This document shows, in pieces, positions 6,339 to 15,837 of a DNA stretch of 26,273 bases. How positions within the stretch are numbered: position 1 is the stretch's first letter; every line of letters starts with the position of its first letter. A program made the translations under genes and the position numbers. The notes below the pieces were generated by a model, which was not told the DNA's origin, did no database searches, and saw only the letters and a list, made by a program, of their open reading frames with translations. Origin of the DNA: Armatimonadota bacterium. Lineage in GTDB: Bacteria > Armatimonadota > Hebobacteria > CAIYQO01. Location of the stretch: positions 1 through 26,273 of the forward strand of contig JBBRXO010000026.1 of the NCBI GenBank assembly GCA_038248345.1, given 5' to 3'.

Positions 6339-9300
6339 CGGGGTACCGATGATGAATTTCGATCCGGTATTTTCAGCATCAAGCGCGGAACCCATACACG
6401 GAGTAGCCTCCGCCGAAGTGTGGTGTGCTGGCTTGCCTGGCCAACAACTGACCACCCCCGGAGCGATAATCGCCGTGCATCTCGCCGGGCTGGGCGGGGT
6501 ATCACAGACCTTCGGGCGCAATACCGGCAAGATTATCCTCCACGGGGTACTCACTCGTGCCCATGCTGTGCTCCCTGCTGGATCGGTTCTCTTACTCAAT
6601 AACGCCAGCATGATCTTCATCTGGGCGCTACATGCCGATGAGGAGTATGCTGTTTCCCTCCGTGAGCATCTGCGACGCAATATCTGCGCCACCCCGATAG
6701 AGTTGCCGAACGGCGAATTGATATACCCCCGGCTGATCTTCGCCCATTTACTGGTCACCGCGCCTGTTGATGCCAATCTGGCCTTCCAGCAGACCGAGCG
6801 GGTGCTGACGCAAAGCCCGGAATTCCTGGCTCCACCGCAAGCGATGTCACAATCACTGCCCGCCAATGAAGCGTTCGACAACCGCCTTAATGCGCTGCGC
6901 CTCTTTGGCCGCAAAGGGATCATGGAGCGGGTGATCAGTCACTTGCAGTTGCCTGCTCCCCATCCGGCCACGGTGATTATCTACGGCCCCCACCAGGTGG
7001 GCAAGGATCGTCTCTTGCACGAAGTGGATGAGCTCTTACATAAGCATCACCTGCCGCTCGCGCATCATTCCTGTGTGGCCCGGGACAGTGTAGTGCCGGG
7101 GACGCTACTCACCAAAATCCTACAGCAATTCCTCGCCGCTTTCCCTGCGGGGGTGCTCCGCCCGCGGCTGGCCGCGTTGCTGCTGCGCTACCCGTGGCTG
7201 GCAGCGCGTTTCACCGGCCTGGGGGAGAGGAATGCGATAGTCCGCCCGGCGAATATCGACGAATTAACTGCCGGTCTGCATGAGCTGCTGCGTGCCCTCG
7301 CCCAAATGTTGCCACATATCGCTGTAGTGGATGAACTGCAGCACGCAGACGCGCTTTCGTTACTCGAGCTGGCAGCGTTGCAACAGCGAAAAGACCATGC
7401 GCTCCGGCTGGTTGTCAGCGTGGAACACTCCGAGGAACAGTTGCCGCCCGCCTTTCGAGAATTTTTGTACGCGAAACCGTTGGTCATCCGCCTTCCGTGG
7501 TACACACGCGCCCAGGTAAAAGAGTACCTCCACTGTTTCTCCGCCACGCTAGCCACTGAGGAGGTGCTGGAAGAGCTGTACCAGTCCTCGCAAGGGGCAC
7601 CGCTGGCGCTGGAGGAGACGCTGACCACCTGGCTGCAGGAAGGCAAGTTACAGTTCCAGCATAATCAGTGGATAGCCATATCAGCAGTGCCGGCGCCGCC
7701 GTCCCGGTGGGAGAGCAAGCCCACCGTCCAGGAAGAAGTTGACCTTAGCCCGGTGACCGCAGATTTGCTCGCGCCCAAGGAGATGGAACGCCGGGTAAAT
7801 ATCTTGCTCGCTATCCGTATGCTCGGTATGCACCTGCGGTTATATCCCGACAATAGCTCAATGGTGGTGAATTCGCTGCATAAAACGCAGCAATTGTTGG
7901 AGGAATTGCCGGATTTTTATGCCAAAATTCTCATCTCCTATAATGATGGAGTACTGGCTATTGATGGCCACCCACTTTCGCAACGTTACTTGCAGTTGCC
8001 GCTCCAGGAGGTTCGCAACTGGTTCCAATATGGCAGCATCGGCGAATTACAGCTGATGCGCGGTATCACCAGTGCTGAACTCACGCTCTGCTTGCGCACA
8101 CTGGCCGGCTATGATGATACATCGGAGCGCCCCCTCATCGAGATACTGCGCGAGCTGCCGCTGCCCCATGTGCGTTGCTTGTCGTTGTATGAGATCACCC
8201 AACCGATGCAGATAGAGCCGGGGGATAAGATAACTGATGCGGAGAAATTGCTGGCAACCTTCACGCAGATTCTGCACAGTGAGGCAACTCCCACTGCCCC
8301 GCTGGTGCAGCAGCTATTAGTGGAATTCTCCATCGCTCCCATCGCCGAGCGGCGATCCTTGCTGGGATATCTGCTCCAACTGGTTCGTTCACATCAGGTG
8401 CCCGTCATCCCTGCCACCCTAAGTTATATTTTCGTCCAACGGCTGGACTTCGAGGATGACCCGGTGGCGCTGGCGGAGCAGCTGGTCATCCTGGAACATG
8501 CCTTCACGCAGCAGCTGGGCCTGCACGTCTGGCGAGATGCCATCACTATCCTTGAGGCGGTACACCATCGGTTGGCGATAGAACAGGAGGAAATTATCCG
8601 GCAGGCGTTGCTGGCATTCCTAATCTCCGTCGGCAATCCCACGGCGCTGGCCCCGCTGCTCTATTACCGCTCGAATGAGAGTGAATTGCCGGAAGGAGCC
8701 CGACGTATTTACGAAACCCTCGGGAAGCTGGCTTTCGATTCTCTCGCCTATACCATCAAGATGACTGACCAGCTGGATTCATATCCGCATATGCTAAATG
8801 CATTGCACCTCTTCCAGAAGCCGGAGCTGGATGAGCTGGCGCAGACGCTCCGTGACCCCGGCACCCGAATGACGGTCATCAATCTGCTGCACGCCCTGGC
8901 TGCCGCTGGCACCCTGGGCGCACTGGGCGCTATTGAAGAGAAGTTGGCGCACCCTGACCCCGAAGTGCGCATCGCCGCCCTGGATGCGGCGGTTAATATC
9001 GCCGGACAAAAGGTGGCCACCCAAGTAGTGAAAGCGCTGGCCGACCCGGATTGTAAGGTACGTGCGCGGGCCGCTGCGGTGGCGGGGCGGTGTCAGAATG
9101 ACCAGGTGCTGGATTCCCTGACAAAACTTGCGCAAAAGGATGAAGATGAAGAGGTGCTGTGTGCCGTCTGTCAGGCGCTGGGGCTTTTTAATGATGACCG
9201 TGCCCGGGCAGAGTTGCTCATACAATTACATCCCACCGGCCTCCGCACTTTACACAAACATAGCGAAAAGATACGTAGCGCCGCCTGCCAGGCGCTGGCC

Positions 9301-9405
9301 AGCCACCGCGCTGACATGGCCGTTCTCAACGCGCTGGAGAGTGCCGCAACCGGCAATTTTCCACATTTGAGCATAGCAGCCCGCCGCGTCCTCCGGGGGG
9401 AGTAA
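6328..9405 (+). CDS. Large multidomain signalling-like protein: degenerate GGDEF-like domain + AAA/STAND-like NTPase + helical domain + HEAT repeats (start may be 6349 or 6352)
   Basis: LFGRK...VIIYGPHQVGKD (Walker A-like), AVVDELQHAD (Walker B), SQGAPLALEE (GNPL-like), and C-terminal HEAT repeats LAHPDPEVRIAA, LADPDCKVRARAA, DEDEEVLCAVCQALG. Confidence 0.8.
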   Translation: MAISGVPMMNFDPVFSASSAEPIHGVASAEVWCAGLPGQQLTTPGAIIAVHLAGLGGVSQTFGRNTGKIILHGVLTRAHAVLPAGSVLLLNNASMIFIWALHADEEYAVSLREHLRRNICATPIELPNGELIYPRLIFAHLLVTAPVDANLAFQQTERVLTQSPEFLAPPQAMSQSLPANEAFDNRLNALRLFGRKGIMERVISHLQLPAPHPATVIIYGPHQVGKDRLLHEVDELLHKHHLPLAHHSCVARDSVVPGTLLTKILQQFLAAFPAGVLRPRLAALLLRYPWLAARFTGLGERNAIVRPANIDELTAGLHELLRALAQMLPHIAVVDELQHADALSLLELAALQQRKDHALRLVVSVEHSEEQLPPAFREFLYAKPLVIRLPWYTRAQVKEYLHCFSATLATEEVLEELYQSSQGAPLALEETLTTWLQEGKLQFQHNQWIAISAVPAPPSRWESKPTVQEEVDLSPVTADLLAPKEMERRVNILLAIRMLGMHLRLYPDNSSMVVNSLHKTQQLLEELPDFYAKILISYNDGVLAIDGHPLSQRYLQLPLQEVRNWFQYGSIGELQLMRGITSAELTLCLRTLAGYDDTSERPLIEILRELPLPHVRCLSLYEITQPMQIEPGDKITDAEKLLATFTQILHSEATPTAPLVQQLLVEFSIAPIAERRSLLGYLLQLVRSHQVPVIPATLSYIFVQRLDFEDDPVALAEQLVILEHAFTQQLGLHVWRDAITILEAVHHRLAIEQEEIIRQALLAFLISVGNPTALAPLLYYRSNESELPEGARRIYETLGKLAFDSLAYTIKMTDQLDSYPHMLNALHLFQKPELDELAQTLRDPGTRMTVINLLHALAAAGTLGALGAIEEKLAHPDPEVRIAALDAAVNIAGQKVATQVVKALADPDCKVRARAAAVAGRCQNDQVLDSLTKLAQKDEDEEVLCAVCQALGLFNDDRARAELLIQLHPTGLRTLHKHSEKIRSAACQALASHRADMAVLNALESAATGNFPHLSIAARRVLRGE

Positions 9406-9474
9406 AGGTGATGTACATCCCGCTATTATTTAGCCCCGCTTGCTCACATTATTGCAATCTTAACGACCCAAGTA

Positions 9475-9483
9475 TGGTATAAT
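9475..9483 (+). promoter_or_regulatory. Extended -10 promoter for aspA (probably leaderless)
   Basis: TG-G-TATAAT at 9475-9483, ATG 7 nt downstream at 9491, no SD between them. Confidence 0.6.
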
Positions 9484-9490
9484 ACAACCG

Positions 9491-10903
9491 ATGATATATC
9501 GCACAGAGATAGATTTGCTGGGGGAGCGTGAAGTGCCGGTGGATGCTTATTTTGGCATTCATACCCTGCGGGCGGCGGAGAATTTCCCGTTGTTGGGGCA
9601 GCCGCTGCACGCGGAGCTGATCGGCGCGCTGGCGACAGTGAAGGCCGCCTGTGCGCGGGCGAATATCCGCGCGGGGCGCATCCCGGCGCGGCTGGGCGAG
9701 GCGATCATCGCCGCGGCTACCGAGGTAGCGGGCGGGGCGTTGCGCGGCGAGTTCATCGTAGATGCGCTGCAAGGCGGCGCGGGCACCAGCGCCAACATGA
9801 ACATGAACGAGGTGCTGGCGAACCGCGCACTGGAGCTACTGGGCGAGGACAAGGGGCGCTACGACCTGCTCGACCCCCTAAATGTAGTCAATGCGGAGCA
9901 GTCCACTAACGACGTCTTCCCCACCGCGGTACGCGTGGCGGCGTTGCGCCTGCTGCTGCCGCTCATTGAGGATTTTAGCCAATTGCAGGGGGTGTTGCAG
10001 GAGAAAGAGCAGCAGTATGCCGCCGTGGTGGGGCTGGGGCGCACCGAGATGCAGGACGCCGTGCCCATCACCGCCGGGCAACGCTTCGCTGCGTGGGCGG
10101 GCGCCGTGCAGCGCGACTGGTGGCGGCTGCATGTGGTGGAGGAGAAGCTGCGCCAGGTGAACCTGGGCGGCACGGCGATAGGCACCGGGCTGAACGCTGA
10201 CCGCAAGTATATGCTGGTGGTGGTGGATGATCTGCGGCAGTTGACCGGATTGAACGTGGTGCGCGCGGAGAATATGATTGACCTGACGCAGAACGTGGAC
10301 GTTTTTGTGGAGGTCTCCGGCCTGCTGAAGACGGCCGCGGTGACGCTGGCGAAGATCGCCGCCGACCTGCGCCTGCTCTCCAGCGGGCCAGCGGGGGGCA
10401 TCAATGAGATCAGTCTGCCGGAATGCCAGGCAGGCTCCAGCATTATGCCCGGCAAGGTGAACCCGGTGATCACCGAGGCGATGACGCAGGTGTGCTGGCA
10501 GGTGATGGCCAATGACCAGGCGATAACGCTGGCGGCGCAGGGCGGGCAACTGGAGTTAAACGCCTTTATGCCACTAATTGCGCATAATCTGCTACAATCA
10601 TTAGAGTTATTGCACAACGGTGTTACCATTTTTAACCAACGTTGTGTCACCGGGTTGACGGTGAATTTGGCGCAGACCACCCACTGGCTGGAGCGCAGCG
10701 CCGCGTTGGCCACCGCCGTCGCCCCGTATATCGGGCACCAGCGTGCCGATGAAATTGCGCGGGAAGCCCAACGATGTGGCCTTACGATACGCGAAATGCT
10801 CGTGCAAGAGCAGCTTTTCACCCCTGCCGAACTGGACAAAATCACCAGCTCCTATGAGCTGACCACCCCCGGTATTGCGGGAGCAAAATGGGTGAAAAAA
10901 TAA
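9491..10903 (+). CDS. aspA: Aspartate ammonia-lyase (aspartase; fumarase/aspartase superfamily)
   Basis: RTEIDLLGE, YFGIHTLRAAENF, QGGAGTSANMNMNEV, QSTNDVFPTA, GRTEMQDA, signature GSSIMPGKVNPV, GQLELNAFMP. Confidence 0.9.
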   Translation: MIYRTEIDLLGEREVPVDAYFGIHTLRAAENFPLLGQPLHAELIGALATVKAACARANIRAGRIPARLGEAIIAAATEVAGGALRGEFIVDALQGGAGTSANMNMNEVLANRALELLGEDKGRYDLLDPLNVVNAEQSTNDVFPTAVRVAALRLLLPLIEDFSQLQGVLQEKEQQYAAVVGLGRTEMQDAVPITAGQRFAAWAGAVQRDWWRLHVVEEKLRQVNLGGTAIGTGLNADRKYMLVVVDDLRQLTGLNVVRAENMIDLTQNVDVFVEVSGLLKTAAVTLAKIAADLRLLSSGPAGGINEISLPECQAGSSIMPGKVNPVITEAMTQVCWQVMANDQAITLAAQGGQLELNAFMPLIAHNLLQSLELLHNGVTIFNQRCVTGLTVNLAQTTHWLERSAALATAVAPYIGHQRADEIAREAQRCGLTIREMLVQEQLFTPAELDKITSSYELTTPGIAGAKWVKK

Positions 10904-10972
10904 AAAGCTAACTTTCTGGAAATGAAAGTATACTTTGTTGTGTATTTTCTGTATATTATGGAATAATGGAGT

Positions 10973-12529
10973 ATGAGTCTTATGTTAACTCGCTGGCGAG
11001 CTATAATTATAGGCGCGCTATTTGTTAGCGCGCTCGTTGGTGCGCTGATTAACAGCGTGTCGTTACCAAACCGCTTCATTGTCGCTGACATAATTCGGAT
11101 ATTAACTGCCTTAATTGTGGGCGGATTTATTCTGTATCTGAGCAAGCGCAATAATGTACCTATCGGAGAACGGCGCGGTAGGAATTGGCTGGGGTGGGCG
11201 GCGATCTGTTTTGGCCTCGCCGCGTCGACACTACTCTTTGATCATTTGAAATTATTGCCCGATATACTTAAAATTATACAATTAGATGGGGTATTATTCA
11301 TCGGCGGCTTGTTGCTACTCGCCTTTGGCCTCATACTCAAGCATGGGCATGTTCGTGCCGCCCCGATTAACTGGACAGTGACCGCAGTAGATATAGCACT
11401 GATGGTAGGCGCCTCGCTCCTCCCGTTCTTCATGATGACCGACTGGCAACAATCCGTAAAGACATTCTCGGTAATGGAAATCTCCATCTTTTCCGGATCA
11501 ATTATCGCACTACTCACTATCATGGTGGCTTTGCCGCTAGTGCAGCATCGCGAGACGGCGCCTACTTTACGTACCCCGGGTATCGTGCTCATCATCGCTG
11601 TGATGTTGCTTCTCATCGGGTGTGACAATATCCGTTGGTGCTATCAATTCTCCGACCTCTCCTATTCCGGGTTAGGTAGCTGGATGGCCGGTTTCCTTTT
11701 GCTGGGGATCTCCATCATGTGGGAGCTGGATGCACTACGGAAAGCCTCCCCTCCCGAATTGATGACGGATGTGGCCTATGGATTGTTAAGCGAGATTTTG
11801 CCATTATTGGCCATGTTCATGGCGGTCATCTTCGTCTTCCTGGCCTTGACGACCGATCTGCAGCGCAACTATCAGACGCTCACCGTCCTCACCATGTTGC
11901 TCTTTCTCTCACTGGTTCGCCGCGTCCTCGCTTACCTGCAGATGCGCTGCACCGTGGATGAGGTGCGCGCCCAGGTGACTGAAATTGAGCAAGCGGTGAT
12001 TACTGACAATCTCACTGGTCTGGCTAACCGACGTTTTCTTATGCAACGCATGAACGAAGAGCTGAGCCGCGCCAAGCGCTTCAATCGCCCGGTGGCGGTG
12101 ATCTTCTTTGACATCGATTTCTTCAAAATGGTCAATGATATTCATGGCCATGACAATGGCGATCGTGCCTTATGCCATATCGCCAATATCCTGAAGAAAG
12201 CAATCCGCTCCAATGACGTTATCTCCCGGTTGGGCGGCGAAGAGTTCGTCATCCTCCTCCCCGACACCAACCAGTCTGTTGCCACTATGCTGGCGGAACG
12301 GTTGCGCAATCTGATCGAGATTTCCACTCTCACCCTCTCCGATGGTGTCGAATTGCAGATGACCATCAGTGGCGGAGTCGCTGCCTATCCGGAGACCTGC
12401 GAGGAAGTAGACGAGTTGCTCAAAGCTTCTGACACCGCCATGAACCAGGCGAAGAACAGTGGCCGCAACCGCATCGTCGCCGCCCCGGCCAAACAGCGTT
12501 TGTTCTTGAAACCGATGGCCAATGAATAA
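10973..12529 (+). CDS. Membrane-anchored diguanylate cyclase
   Basis: Multiple N-terminal TM helices. C-terminal TDNLTGLANRR, DIDFFKMVNDIHGHDNGD, I-site RSND and active-site GGEEF. Confidence 0.93.
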   Translation: MSLMLTRWRAIIIGALFVSALVGALINSVSLPNRFIVADIIRILTALIVGGFILYLSKRNNVPIGERRGRNWLGWAAICFGLAASTLLFDHLKLLPDILKIIQLDGVLFIGGLLLLAFGLILKHGHVRAAPINWTVTAVDIALMVGASLLPFFMMTDWQQSVKTFSVMEISIFSGSIIALLTIMVALPLVQHRETAPTLRTPGIVLIIAVMLLLIGCDNIRWCYQFSDLSYSGLGSWMAGFLLLGISIMWELDALRKASPPELMTDVAYGLLSEILPLLAMFMAVIFVFLALTTDLQRNYQTLTVLTMLLFLSLVRRVLAYLQMRCTVDEVRAQVTEIEQAVITDNLTGLANRRFLMQRMNEELSRAKRFNRPVAVIFFDIDFFKMVNDIHGHDNGDRALCHIANILKKAIRSNDVISRLGGEEFVILLPDTNQSVATMLAERLRNLIEISTLTLSDGVELQMTISGGVAAYPETCEEVDELLKASDTAMNQAKNSGRNRIVAAPAKQRLFLKPMANE

Positions 12530-12545
12530 CGGCCCCGCCCGGCTG

Positions 12546-14459
12546 TTACTGCCCCAGCACCACTGCCAGGGGGTTCCTTCCCTCCAAGGCCAGTATCCCG
12601 GCCCAACGTTGGAAGTCCGGGTAGCTGGCTAGTGGGTAGGTACCGCGGTTGCTGGCCATCTCGCAACTGTAGCGGAGGATATTTCCAGCAACTTTCACTT
12701 CATCATGATAGGCGCCGATGCCGCTCGTCTCGCTTACAGCGGGAGGTGGATTCAGCGGTTTCCAACCCGCAGGGAGGGTGTAGTCGGCAGTGAGATGCAG
12801 GCTGGCCGCCATACGCCGTTGCAGCGGCATCCGGCGCTCGGTAGCATTGCGTACTGGGTTGGGCTGGTACATGAAGGTAGGCAGGTATAACAAGCGCATG
12901 GTTCCACCGATCTGCGCAGTGGCGGAGGTAAACTTCGCCGCGATCGTCAAGGGAAGATTCGGATTATCCCGGTTCTCCACGGTAATCCCTGCTACTTGCA
13001 CATCCTGCCCCAGCCGTGGAGCCAGTAGCCCGCCCAGCACAGTGGTATAATCTTCAGGATCAATACCCGCCAACATGCCACGTTGAATGGCGGCCGGGTG
13101 CCCCTGGTAAATCAGCTTCAGCTGCCCCTGCAGTTTACCGTCCGGGGCTATGGTGGCGGTGATGGCGATATCGGTACTGTTCACCGCGGCATCCGGTGCC
13201 GGTAACGTCACCAGCTCCCCGTCGCCACGGATGATAAGGGCATCGGCCCCGGCTACCAACGGTGGCAGTAACTCTGCAGGGCAATCGGCATCAGTAGCGT
13301 CCAAATAGCGGTCACCCTCCGGGGTTCGGGCGACGAGGATGACGTGGTTGTACTCACTCGGCCCATATATTTTACGATCCAATATCCCTTTGTCGGTGGT
13401 GCGCACCAGTACGTACGAGCTCTCGATGCCTGCCGCTTTCAGTAAGGCGCGCAACAGAGTGGCCTTATCTTTGCAATCGCCGTAGTTGCGCAGCATTACC
13501 TGCAGCGCCGCATGGGGTTCATCACTCTGCCCGCCCAGCTCAATCCCAACATAGGCCAGTTCACGTACGGCTTTATGCAAGACGGAGATCTTTTCCCCTG
13601 CACTGGTACATCCCCTGGTCTTTTCGTCCGCCACGCGCTGAATCTCCGGTGTCACTGCAGCTTTACCGGTCGTCAGTTTGTCATACCAGGCGGATACTGT
13701 ACCCCAGCTGGTGAGGGTGCTGACGCGGGCCGTCCCCAGCATCTCTTCCAGCGGCGGCACCCACGCCTCATCCAGCTTCAGCGCCGGTATCTTCGTCACA
13801 CGCCAGCGGTAGCTGTGTTCTTTACCCACTGTAGCCTCAGTGATGACCGGCTGCGCCGCACCAGTAAAGCGTACCGTCAGCGGCATATCACGGGGGAGGG
13901 TGAAGCTGATATTTGATTCCAGCAGGGGGTAAATATGTTGCAGTGGGATGCGTGCGCCCAGATCGCCGGGCAGGCGCGGTGTGGCACGGCGCGTCAATGT
14001 CTCTACCTCCAACACCGCGCCGGGTACAGCCATGGGCAATGGGATGTTACGTACTACTGTAGAATCATACCAGCCGGTGCCGGAATAGGCGCTGCTTTCG
14101 GTTATCAATTTCGCCTCTACTGGGTACTCTTCCCCAGCCAGTAGCGTGCGGGCGACCGTCACCTCCACCTGTTCGGCGGATTTATCGTAGGGTACTATCC
14201 ACTGTGCCAACGCGGCCGCATCACGGGTGAGCAGCTTCAGCAGGATACGCTCGCGCGTGGTCACCGCTCCGGCAGCATCGACACTGACATCCACATCGCG
14301 CAGCAGCCACACAGCATCCGCCCCCGGATACTCTTCCGCGGTTGGTGAGTTGTTTATCCGCTCCAGTAACGCGGCGTCCGTGATCGGGGCAGCCAGCAAC
14401 ACACTGCTGACCAGCAGGAGTAATAGCGTAAGCAGTGATAATCGGCATGTCGTCATCAT
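12546..14459 (-). CDS. Exported DUF3857 + transglutaminase-like domain protein
   Basis: Signal-peptide-like N-terminus, YPGADAVWLL, and an intact Cys-His-Asp triad in GDCKDKATLL, YNHVI and YLDAT. Confidence 0.88.
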   Translation of the reverse strand: MMTTCRLSLLTLLLLLVSSVLLAAPITDAALLERINNSPTAEEYPGADAVWLLRDVDVSVDAAGAVTTRERILLKLLTRDAAALAQWIVPYDKSAEQVEVTVARTLLAGEEYPVEAKLITESSAYSGTGWYDSTVVRNIPLPMAVPGAVLEVETLTRRATPRLPGDLGARIPLQHIYPLLESNISFTLPRDMPLTVRFTGAAQPVITEATVGKEHSYRWRVTKIPALKLDEAWVPPLEEMLGTARVSTLTSWGTVSAWYDKLTTGKAAVTPEIQRVADEKTRGCTSAGEKISVLHKAVRELAYVGIELGGQSDEPHAALQVMLRNYGDCKDKATLLRALLKAAGIESSYVLVRTTDKGILDRKIYGPSEYNHVILVARTPEGDRYLDATDADCPAELLPPLVAGADALIIRGDGELVTLPAPDAAVNSTDIAITATIAPDGKLQGQLKLIYQGHPAAIQRGMLAGIDPEDYTTVLGGLLAPRLGQDVQVAGITVENRDNPNLPLTIAAKFTSATAQIGGTMRLLYLPTFMYQPNPVRNATERRMPLQRRMAASLHLTADYTLPAGWKPLNPPPAVSETSGIGAYHDEVKVAGNILRYSCEMASNRGTYPLASYPDFQRWAGILALEGRNPLAVVLGQ

Positions 14460-14475
14460 TTGCTAATTGTAGGCG

Positions 14476-15507
14476 TTACTTTTCAAGTTGTCGAATCTTT
14501 AATCTATCCTGCAATTGCTGGAATCCCCGGTACACCATCTCCGGGGTGATGTAGGCCATGCATTTAACCTCGTCACACTGGCGCTTATTGCATTCCAGGC
14601 ACGGGAGATCGGCAGAGATTATCACGTGTTCAGTGCCGCAGGGGGCAAACATCTCCTGCGTAGTTGGGCCAAAAAGCGCGACAATCGGCAATTGCCGGGC
14701 AGCAGCGATGTGCATGGGGCCGGTATCGCCGGAGATGAAAACAGAACATTTATTCAGCAGCGCCACCAACTCGAGCAAATTTACTTTCCCGGTGAAGATG
14801 ATAGGCTTATGCTTCGTTAACGCCGTGATAGCATGGATACGCGCCACATCCATCGGGCCACCGAAAAAGACCGGAGTATAACCGCCCTCGGTCAGCCAAT
14901 CGCTCAATTGGGCGAAACCCTCGATAGTCCACTGCTTGGTGGGGAAGCTCGCGCCGGTATTCAAGCCAACTACATTCCGCGCACCCGCCAACCCCGCCTG
15001 CTGCCAGAGTTGGTCGGCCTTCTCCCGCGCGTCCGGGGAAGTCCACATCTCCAGATAATTATGCGGGGTATCGGGCACACCGAGATTTCGCAGGAGCTGC
15101 AGGTATTGTTCCATTGCGTGCCCGGGCGGGAGTGCTGTCGAGGATGGACTATTGTAGAGGAATTGAAATCCGGGCTTGGCAAATCCGCCACGGCGCTTGG
15201 CGCCGCTCAGACCGGTGAGAATAGTGGCGCGCTCGTTATCATAGTGCAGGCAAATCGCCAAATCATAGGAACGGCTCCGTAATAACTTTAGATTTTCATA
15301 ATAAACGGAGAGGTGCTCCATTTTTTTTGGCGCATCGATGGGGTATATTTTATGCAGTAGCGGATTATGCTGGACGATCTGATAGGAATTACGGTTCACC
15401 ATCATCTCAATTTCCGCGCCCGGATACGCATTATGCAGCACTCGTATCGCCGGTGTTGTGAAGAGCAAGTCTCCCAGATATTGCATATTAATGACGAATA
15501 TTCGCAA
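14476..15507 (-). CDS. Glycosyltransferase family 9 (LPS heptosyltransferase-like)
   Basis: YLGDLLFTTPAI, GASFPTKQW, TGKVNLLEL, ISGDTGPMHIAAA, VALFGPT, LPCLEC...C...CM. Start placed at TTG 15507 behind a GGGGTG SD; the ORF track extends to 15519. Confidence 0.92.
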   Translation of the reverse strand: MRIFVINMQYLGDLLFTTPAIRVLHNAYPGAEIEMMVNRNSYQIVQHNPLLHKIYPIDAPKKMEHLSVYYENLKLLRSRSYDLAICLHYDNERATILTGLSGAKRRGGFAKPGFQFLYNSPSSTALPPGHAMEQYLQLLRNLGVPDTPHNYLEMWTSPDAREKADQLWQQAGLAGARNVVGLNTGASFPTKQWTIEGFAQLSDWLTEGGYTPVFFGGPMDVARIHAITALTKHKPIIFTGKVNLLELVALLNKCSVFISGDTGPMHIAAARQLPIVALFGPTTQEMFAPCGTEHVIISADLPCLECNKRQCDEVKCMAYITPEMVYRGFQQLQDRLKIRQLEK

Positions 15508-15587
15508 TGGACACCCCAATATATATGCGCAGAAGGTCAGCCGCAGACCAACGCGCTAGCTATAGATATGCTGACAACTCTGAACTG

Positions 15588-15766
15588 TTACTTCTCGCGT
15601 TGGCGGCACGTTCTCTCATAGGCGATGGCATAGCGGAGGTACATGTAATAGGCGTGCCCGAGATCTTATCTGTCCTGCAAGTAATCATGTTATGGCATTC
15701 ATACCCAGTGCATTAAAACGGCAGCGGATAACCTTTCCGCACCACCACGCTCATAAACCGGGACAA
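15588..15766 (-). pseudogene. Possible decayed C-terminal remnant of a family-2 LPS glycosyltransferase
   Basis: 15659-15588 reads GHAYYMYLRYAIAYERTCRQREK* and 15766-15728 reads LSRFMSVVVRKGY. Both recall the C-terminus of WaaE/KdtX-like GT2 proteins, and stops separate the two pieces. Confidence 0.35.
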
Positions 15767-15837
15767 TCTACCCTCAAAGATACCAGAAGATAAAATCATT
15801 GGCAAATAAATTTATCCTCATCTAAGCAAAAACTCTA

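Noticed and set aside
9859..10845. Long minus-strand ORFs over aspA
   Set aside because: Antisense shadows of a clearly conserved gene.
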